Of a DNA stretch of 64,000 nucleotides, positions 1-10,243 are shown in pieces; the first letter of the stretch is position 1, and every line of letters begins with the position of its first letter. The notes beneath the pieces were generated by a model, which was not told the DNA's origin, did not search any database, and saw only the letters and a program-made list of their open reading frames with translations. This DNA is from Podarcis vaucheri (taxonomy: Eukaryota): the NCBI GenBank assembly GCA_965113315.1, contig OZ220365.1; one strand, 5' to 3'. A program made the position numbers and the translations under genes.

Positions 1-595
1 GCATTTTGTATCTCATCTAGTTTGATCGTGTGTTGTCCCTATAAAGTAATGATGGATAATACATATATTAAATGCCACAACAAATACAATGGGTGTGTGG
101 CTAGCTCCAAAGCTAAATGGTGACATAATTTTATGTCTTTGAATATGATGGGGCAAAAATCTAATTGAAAGACAACCACAGGCTTTGGAATAGAATTTTT
201 TTTTACACACCAGGAATGGTAAAGATTCAAGGATTTTGAGGATCTAAATGCAAGGTATACGTCTGTTGGAAAATAGCTATTGTGATTTTGAGAGGTTGCC
301 TTAAATAGACATTGTTTCCATCCCAAACATGGGCCTGAAATTGGATTTGAATGTATCCTAATTATCATCCAGAGCCATCCAGAACACTCCCTCTCCTGTT
401 TCTTTAATCCACGGATGGGGAAGCTATGGTTGTCTAACTCCAATCAATTCTTAACATTGGGGCTGATAAGAGTTGGAGTCTCAAGAACATCGGGAAGGGC
501 CACAGATTCCTCATTTCTGCTTTAAGCTACTGTTGACCAATGCATGCAGCTGTTATACTGAATAAATTATTGAGATGCTTATTTACATGTGTTAT

Positions 596-601
596 TTTAT
601 T
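596..601 (-). terminator. Candidate poly(A) signal of ARMT1 copy A
   Basis: AATAAA about 390 nt after the stop; copy B has one at nearly the same distance. Confidence 0.55.
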
Positions 602-991
602 AGATTTTGTCCAAAGCAGCTATAAAAACGTCTGCTAAAGAACTGTAAATGTAACATACAACACAAGGCAAAGTGCTATACTGTAATAACTAAAACAGTA
701 TAAGAGGACAGATGCAGGCAAACCATTAAAACACGCACCTCTTGACCCTATCCAAAAATATTTTAAGAATAGAGGAAAGATAGCCTTTAAGATGGTTCTG
801 ATACTTTAAGAATAACAGGAAAGCGTTTGTAAACTTTCACAATTGCACACAACTTTAAAAAATATGAAGATCTGTAGAAGAAAATAAATAACATTAATAT
901 TGAACCCCAGTAAACCTTCCAATCTTAAACATCATAATCTTAAACATCATAAACAGTGTTCATGAACCGTGCAATGCTTTACACAAGCCAA

Positions 992-1753
992 TCATGAAGC
1001 AGCATCAAACTGAATTATTCCATATTTCCCAATGATCATCCATTCAGGTTCAGTTTTAGTAAGTTGTTCACCTTGCCCAGGTTTCAGCCCAACCTGGATA
1101 TCACATTTTAGCGTTCTTAAGCTACAGAGAGGGGCAGGGTGAAAATTGTTCAAGGCTTGATGGAACGGCACTGTGAATTCCCACTTCCGATCAGCTATCA
1201 ACTTTCTGTAGTTCAAATCACCTTTAAAAATAATTAAATTTGACTTCTGCAATTCACTGTACAAATCAGGAGCCACTTGAGCCATCCTACAATATTCATG
1301 TGGTGAGGTCCAGAACAAGTGATCATAAAAAATCCAAGCACCATTTTTCAAATAGCCCTCCCAGCAGACACCACACCTAGACATCCCCTTGTGATTAGCT
1401 GCCTGCATTTGCTTAATTGTCCAATTCAGGTCACGCCTTGTAGTATCTGAGACATACCATGGGATGCTTTTCCCATGGAAATGAATTTCAGTAGCTAATT
1501 TGGAGGATAACAAGAAGTCGGCCAGTATAAGGTCAGCAGTAAGTTCAAAACCAGCATTATCCAGGACTATGTCAAGTCTAGTAGTCTGCTTATTCATGTT
1601 CTTTTTGTTTATAAGCAGTGACCAAAGCATTTCCATGTGATCCACCAAGAGAAAAGGTTTTAACTCTTCCACAGACAGTAATGGGTCAGACTTCTGAGAA
1701 TTATCTGCCCCAGCTGACATTGACAGGTCACACTTATTACCCCACAGAGAAAC
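992..1753 (-). CDS. ARMT1: ARMT1 copy A exon 5 (catalytic core, ends in TGA)
   Basis: Acceptor ...ctttag|GTT; VSLWGNKCDLSMSAG...IIQFDAAS*. Confidence 0.95.
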   Translation of the reverse strand, partial: VSLWGNKCDLSMSAGADNSQKSDPLLSVEELKPFLLVDHMEMLWSLLINKKNMNKQTTRLDIVLDNAGFELTADLILADFLLSSKLATEIHFHGKSIPWYVSDTTRRDLNWTIKQMQAANHKGMSRCGVCWEGYLKNGAWIFYDHLFWTSPHEYCRMAQVAPDLYSELQKSNLIIFKGDLNYRKLIADRKWEFTVPFHQALNNFHPAPLCSLRTLKCDIQVGLKPGQGEQLTKTEPEWMIIGKYGIIQFDAAS

Positions 1754-4700
1754 CTAAAGAAGGAAAAAGTACACCTTAATCTGTAAGCCAAGTGATCCTT
1801 GCTCTACTATATACCAAGTGCATCTTCGAGGACTGCAGTTGAGGGACTACTGAGAGTTCTGCTTGTTGTAACAGGAGAAAGTAGGTCAGAATTGGAGTAT
1901 TTCTTTTTACTTCCATTGAAACCAATGTGAAAAGGCAGTGGGTTAATTCCCAAGAGGCAAGTATAATATTAATAAAATTTAATAAGAAATGTAAGAAAAA
2001 TGAGAATTAATCCACTTCTTTTGACCTTGAACAGGCTTAGGAAGTAGCAGTTTCTCTGCCAAGACACACTTACTGTTCTGTCAGGTTCCAATCCACTAAG
2101 CCAGGGAACCTCAGGCTCAGGGGGCCAATGTGACCCTCCAGTTCTCCTTCCTCCTTCTAATGTGTTATGTATGAAACACCTGTTAGTGAAAGAACATAAC
2201 TAAACCAATAAATTGGTTTTTATTGAATACTAACAAGTGATGTTGGGACGCAAACCACAGAGCCTAGGACTTGCTGATCAGAAGGTCGGTGGTTCGAATC
2301 CCCACAACGGGGTGAGCTCCCGTTGCTCAGTCCCTGCTCCTGCCAACTGCTCCAGCAGTTAGAAAGCACGTCAGAGTGCAAGTAGATGAATAGGTACCCC
2401 TCCGGCAGGAAAGTAAATGGCATTTCCATGTGCTGCTCTGGTTCGCTAGAAGCGGCATAGTCATGCTGGCCACATGACCCGGAAGCTGTACACCAATGCT
2501 CCCAATAAATCGAGATGAGCTGTACACCAATAAATCGAGATGAGTGCCGCAACCCCAGAGTCAGTCACGACTGGACCTAATGGTCAGGGGTCCCTTTATC
2601 TTTAACAAGTGATGTTACAGAAAAGTTGAGGCCAAAGTGTAATTAATATAGTTTCTGCTTATGCATTTAGCAGTTTTCTGCAGATGGGTTATATAATTAA
2701 TCTCTCAGTATAAAGCAGACTCCTGATTTAGCTAAGAAGGGATGGGGAACCTGTGGCCCTCCCAATGTTTGACTTCTAACTTCCATCATCCCCATCAAAC
2801 ATATGTGCCTTCCTGTAGCCCTATTTCATTTTGGAGAGGCCTTTAAATGTTGTAGAAACTTTCTGAACCTTCTCTCTCACAGTAAAAGCTGTAGCAATAT
2901 TTTTGGCAGCATGCCCTAATCAGGTTTTGGCAAAGGAGAGATCAATACCTATGAATTAATAGTTTGGCAAACTACAAAAACAAAAAGCAAGCTAACGATA
3001 ATAATTGATGTACTGTTTTCTGAAGAATCATCATAGGAAGGTATGTGTATGACTTGAGAATAAATGCCAGAAACTCTCCATAAAAATATTTTTGCCTTAG
3101 TTGTTAAATCCACTATGTGCATGGAACTGACTGGGGGTTCCATGTATTATTCCAGGTCATTTGTCATGCTTGTTTCTGGGTCTCAGTAGTAACTGAGGTT
3201 TATAGGACAGGAACTCACTTAAAATGATTCTGATGGCCTGAATAGTTTCTGAACATATTATCACTAATGGTTTCCATTAGGTCATATTTGAAACTAGATA
3301 TTTAAACTGGATTTTAACATTACAGAATATGTGCAACAGATAAATTATTTAAACAAAAAGTACTACCAATTTTACCTGTAGCAGCTTCAAAAATTCTTCC
3401 TTCAGGGATTTTTCATCTAGGCCCTTTATGTTTTTCAACAGCTCTTGTAGATAGGTGCTTAAAACAATAATAGCTTCCTGAGATTCAAAGAAACCATGAT
3501 CCTTTTCTTTTTTAAATACATCATAGTCACTGATGGGTGGACTAAACAGAAGGGATAGAAAAATAATAATGCATTAGTCTTTGACATCACTAAATGCCAA
3601 AAACTTTCTCCCATAGCCGTTGCAGTCTCTGCTGAGACTGTAGTATGTCATGTCTAGTATGGTGCTGTGGGATCAATGTAAGCTGATGGGGCCTGAAGAT
3701 GTGGACACAGTCATGGGTGTAGCGAGGATTTATGGGGGGGCAGAACCTCGGTTAGTTAAGTATTTTTATTGATTTACTTGCTCGGCGGGGGCAGTTCCCC
3801 CCCCACTACACCCACAGACACAGTGCTTGCAGCAATGTGTTCAAGCTCTCTTGACAGGATAGGTTCAGAATGTAGCTCACAGTTCTCTGTATAAGGGTCC
3901 CAGGTGTCCTCAAGGAGAGAGTAGTGTGGTCACTTCCTCTTTTTTTTTTAAAGAGATTTTCTTGTGTTACAAAACAAACAAATAAATGGGGAAAAGTACA
4001 TATAGCATCTCCATTTCTGATTTATAGAGCCTTTTTCACAGTTCATTTACATTGTGTATGAGACACTGTCATTCTAGAAATGCAGTTGGGGGGAAAGATA
4101 GGGGAGAGGTGGAACGATAACGTTACAGTGGATGCTCAGGTTGCGAACGTAATCCGTTCGGGATGCACATTCGCAACCCACAGCGGCGGATCTGCACATG
4201 CACGGGTTGTGATTCGGCGCTTCTGCGCATAGCACGATTTAGTGCTTCTGTGCATGCGCGACTGCTGAAACCCAGAGGTAACCCGTTCCAGTACTTCTGG
4301 GTTTCGGCAGTCCGTAACCCAAAAAAAAGCAACCTGAAGCATCTGTAACCCGAGGTATAACTAAAATAAAAAATTCCAGTAGCTACTGGAAGGAATTTTT
4401 TATTTTGACTATGGCAGACCAACACGGCTACCTATCTGTAACCGAGGTATAACTGTATTTTGTTCTATTGCATAGCATTTGTGTATGTTATCATGTCAGC
4501 ATCACATGGGTAGAGCTTTTATTTGTACATTTAATTTTTATTGGCATTGCGAGAGAGGGTCCAGAGCCTGGTTGGTTGCATTCAGTTGGTTTCAGGATGG
4601 TTTGTTTGTGAGTGTGAGGGTTGTTGGGTCAGGTTAGTCATATTTCATATGCTGCTTGTGGAGGGGATAGGTCGTTGTCTTGTGCTGTGTATGTGATAAA

Positions 4701-7700
4701 GGGGAACCACTGGGATGAAGGCGTCACTCTCCACTTGATAAGAGTTGTGTGCTGCTGATGGAAAGCCTGTTTAAAAACCTATCTTGGCTGACTATAGCCT
4801 ACCAGGCCAAATTCACAGTTTTACTGTTAGTATATAAAGACCTAAACAGCTTGGAATCAGCTGACATGAGGAACCACCTTTCCCCATATACCTGATATTT
4901 TAAGTTGGAGATGCAGCTAAGGGTTCCATGTTTGTGTTGCTTCTACAAGACAAAAGGCATTTAAGCATGATTGCACCTAGGTTGTGGAACTCCTTGCCTA
5001 TTACTATTAAGCAAGCACCATTGGTACTTTTCTGCTATATAACATAACTCAACTGTCCAGTGATATGCAGTTTGCTGCTGGCAAACTATCTTTGTGTTGT
5101 TTTATGGATGTGTTATGCTCGCCACTGCTTACTATCTGATATATAAACCTATGTACTTACTTCTGAGCGAGTGCCTCATGAATTCTACGATACATATAAC
5201 ACTCTGTATATAGCCAAGGAGACTGAAACCAGCTTGGTGGTCCATCTGATAATTTTTGATGATATTCTAAGCACTGGTTCCACAGAGTGGTGTCAGGGAG
5301 GCTATCATTCAAGGCAGTCAGTGGCTTGTCTGCCTGCAGCTCATCTCGTAACTTGGTCAGAAGGACTATAACTTTCTTCGCTGCTTCAATACCTTTCTAA
5401 AATAAAGTAGGAAATAAATATTTTCAATCAAATGTGTGTGTTGATAAAACTTACTTTTCCCCCACAAAAAACAAATCTTATTTGATAAATACAGTGCTTT
5501 AAGGACCAGAACAGCTATAAAAAGTGTAAATCCAGATGACATAGCTCTCAGAGCAGGGAACATAACAAACAACATAGTATTTGAATTAAGCTGAATGAGC
5601 ATTGGCATTGCTAACCTGTCTGTGATCCTGGATGTTAATCAAGTAAATGTGATTTAAGAGTTAGAAACAAATTTCTAAGACCAGGGCTGCCATCCCTGTG
5701 CTCATGGAGCATAGTGGTGCCTGAAAGACTTTAACTGGTGCCCCTAGACATGGTAAGTTATAATGGAAAATGTATAGATACACTTCTAAGCAATTTCTGT
5801 GAAATGAGCAAACCTGGCTGCTTCTACCTGTCAGGTGTTTTTAGCTGATGAGTGAAGTCAGAGCTGTGATTTGTGCACTAGGTAATAGGAATCCACAGGG
5901 TCTTAAAGAGACACTGCTTCTACCTCCCTAAATGTCCTTTTCCTGCTTCTGCCTCGTGTGCAAAACTTCAACAGATTAGGTATGCAGTCCTGGGAAGTTT
6001 CAGTGTTATTTTATCCTTAATTTTGTGTTATGCCATGGCCACTCCCATAGCAGTCATGTTGCTATATTACACCTCCCATGGTAGCCATTTTGTGACTGGA
6101 ACCCCCAGCATGGTCTCAAAGTTAAAAACTTAAGGCCAATGAAAATAACTGGCAGCAGATTCAGGACAAAAGAAAATGCTTGTTCACACAAAGCATATTT
6201 TATTGATATCACTGTGCACAATATGTGACTGCCAAAAGTTAAATGGCTTGAATGGGAATGGCAAATTCACGGGGCGGAAAAGTCTTATCACTATCTAATA
6301 GTAACAATGGCTACAGAGAACCTCCATGTTCAGAAGCAGCTATGCTACTGCAAGCCAGTTGATAGTGAAAGACAGTGGAAGATGCCTATTCCCTTCATTG
6401 TATCTAGTTTGCCACTGGAGAAGCATAATGCTGGATAAGACAGATCTCTAGTCTGATCTAGCATGGCTCTTCACATGCTCAAATGAAATCTGATGTTCTC
6501 TAGGCATTTGAAACAATTCTCAAAAGGTACGGGTAGACCTAAGATTTCCAATAAAATATCAAGAGAGAAAAGGTCAAATATACTGATTTCTTACTTCACC
6601 ATGTTCTTCAAAGAATTCATTTTTATGTTGCTCCAGATTATTGATAACTCTAGTCAGGATTACTGGCAGCTTGTCTTTAATTGTATTGTATGCAAAGGAT
6701 CTATGAAGAACAAAATATTATATCTATATAATATCTAAATGTATTTATATTGTAATGTATCCTTTTCTTAGGATTTAAATATTTTTAAAATCACAACTTT
6801 CTCCCTGTGTAGGACCCAAAGTGGCTCACAGCATAAATTAAAACGTACAACTAAAAACAGTTATAAAGAAACATTAAACTGCATAGATCGTATGCTTCAG
6901 AACACTGTAGCTCCAGGCTACAGTCCTAAATACACATCACAGTAGGGTTGGTTGGCCTGTTAAGAGCATTGTCGTATCATCCTCTTTTGGCTCCTGCCTT
7001 CTAACATAGCCAGCCTAGGGGGTGGACCTGGTTGTCAGTTTCATCTTCCTTAGCCTCAGTGCTTCCTTTGTGGAGTTTGGAAGTGAGGAGAATGGGTACA
7101 AAAGTAGGAATAGTTGGTCCCCCTTGTCATTAGCTTTACCTACTGTTGGCTACCCTACCAGTCATCAGGTCAGGATTAGAACTATTAGCATCCTAAACTG
7201 TTATTGGACACTTCCACATAGCAGTTTCTGGAGAATGAAAAAAACAAACCACTATTGGATTTTCCACAAATACCATAAATTCACGTTAAATAGGGAAATA
7301 CCATGGTACATTTTGATGTAGCTGTGAGGATTCAGGTAAGGAGCACAGAATCCACAGCACACTGCTGTATGGAAGAGCCCTTCATTTCCTTCATCCAACT
7401 GTCATTTCCCAACTGTCACTCCATGCTCCCTCCATCTCTTATATACGAAGTTGTTTTTATCATCTGTACAGTATTCTAATACGATTCGTTTTTCTATTCC
7501 CTTACACTTTAATTATTTTTTAAAGATCATTTTTGCAAGTTTTTAGCTTTCCATATTTCATCCGCCTTGTTGTCATTTGTGCAAGCCGCTTTCAAACCCG
7601 GTCTGGGGGTGTGGGGGGAATATACTAATAAAAGTCCTGTTGAACACAATGGAATTTATGCCATGAGAGAGAAAACGCTTACGATGCTCTTGCTAGTCAA

Positions 7701-7965
7701 GGAGCATGGAAAATTGATTTAAGATAAAATCTTATTAAAGCCTTGCGCGAAAAAGGAGACTTTGGACACCGGCCTTGTGCCCAAAGCAAAGGAGCTCAGG
7801 GTCTTGGTAAGAGCGGGAGGAAGACCCTGGAAGAGACCTGGACACAAGCTCCCTCTCCCAGCCCCATTTCGCACAGCCCCGACGAAGCAGCGGCGGCGGC
7901 GGGACGCACCCCTTGAACTTGCCCGCGAGCTGAGGCGGCAAAGTTGCCGCCACCGGCGTCGCCAT
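992..7965 (-). CDS. ARMT1: ARMT1/DCPH1 damage-control phosphatase (DUF89 subfamily III), distal tandem copy A; 5 exons, 441 aa
   Basis: join(7910-7965,6595-6700,5161-5396,3376-3541,992-1753) = 1326 nt, all GT-AG, in phase, no internal stop. Motifs SLWGNKCDLS, VLDNAGFEL, PWYVSD, FKGDLNYRKL and RTLK are present. Confidence 0.95.
2245..2602 (+). mobile_element. Sauria SINE (Squam1/POM-like) in ARMT1-A intron 4
   Basis: tRNA-like B box ggttcgaatcc, Sauria body, ctttatcttt tail; 14-bp TSD taacaagtgatgtt at 2231-2244 and 2603-2616. Confidence 0.88.
3376..3541 (-). CDS. ARMT1: ARMT1 copy A exon 4
   Basis: 166 nt, (N)PPISDYDVFKKEK...EEFLKLLQ, ag/gt flanks. Confidence 0.92.
3712..3816. mobile_element. 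Short hAT-type MITE
   Basis: Imperfect TIRs (catgggtgtag / ctacacccaca) and perfect 8-bp TSD gacacagt. Confidence 0.7.
4126..4455. mobile_element. Tc1/mariner (Tigger-like) MITE interrupted near its right end by a Penelope-like fragment
   Basis: TA|cagtgg...ggttgcgaa ... aaccgaggtataactg|TA; related to the element at 24719-24903. Confidence 0.7.
4785..5030 (+). mobile_element. Degraded L2-clade LINE 3' fragment
   Basis: Decayed WL..YQAKFTVLLLVYKDLNSL motif and a tgtggaactccttgcc (WNSLP) signature. Confidence 0.55.
5161..5396 (-). CDS. ARMT1: ARMT1 copy A exon 3
   Basis: 236 nt, KGIEAAKK...SPWLYTECYMYRRIHEALAQ, donor gtaagt. Confidence 0.93.
6150..6482 (+). mobile_element. Degraded CR1 LINE 3' end in ARMT1-A intron 2
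   Basis: ggcagcagattcaggaca...ttgttcacacaa...ctagcatggctctt; an equivalent copy sits in ARMT1-B intron 2. Confidence 0.6.
6595..6700 (-). CDS. ARMT1: ARMT1 copy A exon 2
   Basis: 106 nt, SFAYNTIKDKLPVILTRVINNLEQHKNEFFEEHGE, donor gtaag. Confidence 0.92.
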
Positions 7966-8400
7966 TTTGCTCACTGCGGCGCCTTCCCGGCACGCCACCC
8001 GGCGCAGCTAGGCGCTTTCCCAAGCAACGCCTGTTCTCATTGGTCCGCGGCTGCGTTCCCTCGCGCAGCGGCCTTAGAAAGGGAGCAGAGCGAAGCAGCT
8101 CCTTCGGTAAGGAGGCAGAGAAGAGGGGCGGGGGGCGGGGTTGATGTAGAGGAGCGGAGGAGCCTCCTCCTCCCCCCGCTCTCGGGAAAAGGAAAAAAGG
8201 GCACTGGTCTCGTTCTGAGTGGCTATTCGAGATGCGCGCGCATTCCCCTGTGAGACTATCTTCTGTCCTCTTCCGCCCTCACTAGGACCGGGCACAGCTG
8301 GCTTGCGCCTCGGATCCTTGGCGCTGAGTAGCTGCGGAGCGAAGAGACGCGAAGTGGGCGGGCGGGGAGAGGGAGCTATTCTTAAAAAGTAAGCTGCAGA
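7750..8400. promoter_or_regulatory. CpG-island promoter of ARMT1 copy A
   Basis: CpG-dense stretch over exon 1; YY1-like CGCCATTTT at the ATG, CCAAT (attgg near 8039), GC boxes, NRF1-like TGCGCGCGCA near 8233. Confidence 0.75.
7910..7965 (-). CDS. ARMT1: ARMT1 copy A exon 1 (coding part)
   Basis: aaaATGG Kozak context, MATPVAATLPPQLAGKFK(G), donor GG|gtgcgt; phase 2 matches exon 2; lies in a CpG island. Confidence 0.85.
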
Positions 8401-9495
8401 AGGTAGTTAGGATTCTTGTGTATATTCTATAACCGCAGACTTACAAAACGGGGCACGCAAGGGAGAAGGGACTGGGAGGGAGGAGGAAAAAATTAAACTC
8501 AGGCACCAGTTCTTAGAACAGTTGTTCTTATAATGACCAGCTGGCACAGTTGATGGGTAGGAGGTGCCTGATAGAGCTGGGCTTTCAGCAAAGCTGATGA
8601 TGGAAGGAGCCTTCTGCCTCCCAGATTGCCCACTGAGTTTGGTGGAATGGCTACACTAAGGAGACAGTTGAGGGAGAGGATGGAGCTGGTCACAGCAGAG
8701 CCAAAGGAGCGAGACACCTCTAAATTTTATATACAGGCAGCTACATTTTTGTGCACCTCCAATTGATGCATGACCCCCAGCACACATGTTGTTTTTGGCC
8801 CTGGAACGGGCTTAAGGGACAGGGAGTTGCTTGTCATTCATGTCTCAGTTGAGATTATCCCATGTTGTCAGTATCCCTGAACAAGAGTCTGGGCTCTGCA
8901 GTAGACTCAAAGCTTAAGATCAATCTAGGCAAGACAAACTTGGAGTAAGAGGGACAGACTATACAGATGAGGAAATACTGGTCCTGGGTGCATATTCTTC
9001 TTTAAAGGTGAAGGAAGACCCTTGGACCTGGGATTGTTATTGAAGAACCAGGTGACAATATTAGCTAATTCTTAATAATTACAGGAATACAAAATAGATC
9101 TTGCCACTGTCTCAGTGGCAGGGAGGTACAGAGGTGTACCTTAGGTGTTTGTGTAATTTGGTATTGTATGCACCCTAATGGGACTCCAACTAAAGAAAGT
9201 ACTGCCAGCACCACAATTTTAGCATCAATGTGGGTGTACTAGAGGGAATGTTGAAAATCCATTTTGATTCTACACTTAAAAGATAAAGCTGCTTGACTAT
9301 CCTTGCACCATGACTCTGAGGAGGTCTGTTAATAGATGCTGGTGTTGGAAAAACAAGAGCTTATTGGGATTGTGGGACTGTTTCAACAACTGAAAGTACA
9401 ATTGAAAAGCCAGAATATATCTAGAATTATGTAAGATGACTGCACCTGAATACCTTGTTGTATCATAAACCCATCTACGCAATAGTACTAGATGA

Positions 9496-9755
9496 CTGTA
9501 TTTTTCGCTCTATAAGATGCACCAGACGACAAGACGCACCTAATTTTTGGAGGAGGAAAACAAGAAAAAAAAATATTCTGAATCTCAGAAGCCAGAACAG
9601 CAAGAGGGATCGCTGCACAGTGAAAGCAGCAATCCCTCTTGCTGTTCTGGCTTCTGGGATAGCTGCACAGCCTGCATTCGCTCCATAAGATGCACACACA
9701 TTTCCCCTTACTTTTTAGGAGGGAAAAAGTGAGTCTTATAGAGCAAAAAATACGG
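9496..9755. mobile_element. Mariner-type MITE with an internal hairpin, between the two ARMT1 copies
   Basis: TIRs ctgtatttttcgctctataaga / tcttatagagcaaaaaatacgg, TA on the right side; internal inverted repeat at about 9583-9660. Confidence 0.8.
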
Positions 9756-9844
9756 TAATTTATAATAACTACCACCAACTGATGCAGATACCGCTTATAC
9801 TGGAGAAAGAATTCAAGCCTATCCATTGAATACATTTGAATCCA

Positions 9845-9850
9845 TTTATT
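9845..9850 (-). terminator. Candidate poly(A) signal of ARMT1 copy B
   Basis: AATAAA about 395 nt after the stop. Confidence 0.55.
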
Positions 9851-10243
9851 TATTTAAGCTAATCTTGACCAGAGAAGTTCAGGCAGCTTTAAAGTAAGAC
9901 TTGAGCTACAGAAAAGCAAAAACGTTTAGCAAATCAAAGTGCAATATTTTGTCATTAATGTTAGAATAGAGGTCAGACAAACTGCAGCTACTAAAGCTGC
10001 TCTCACTCAGTGTTTCCTCTGTCAAGCATTCTTTACTTACAAATATCTAAGAATAATGAGGTTTTCATTTTTTAAGACCATGAATACCAGAAAAGGGTTT
10101 GTAAAATGTCACAATTGCACACCACCTTAAAAATAGCAGTAAGACCCGTAGAAGAGAACATGCATATTGAAAGCCAGCGGTCTTTCAACCTTGACCAACA
10201 AAAGCATTTAGCACAGCATTGTCCTTTAAACTTTGCACATCAA

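Noticed and set aside
992-1720. ORF-track 242-aa and 226-aa (10244-10924) ORFs as stand-alone or processed genes
   Set aside because: They are internal starts within exon 5 of spliced genes; the upstream exons were found.
7735-8295. Overlapping 66-163 aa ORFs here and at 17108-18626
   Set aside because: Stop-poor GC-rich CpG-island sequence; only the short ARMT1 exon 1 is supported.
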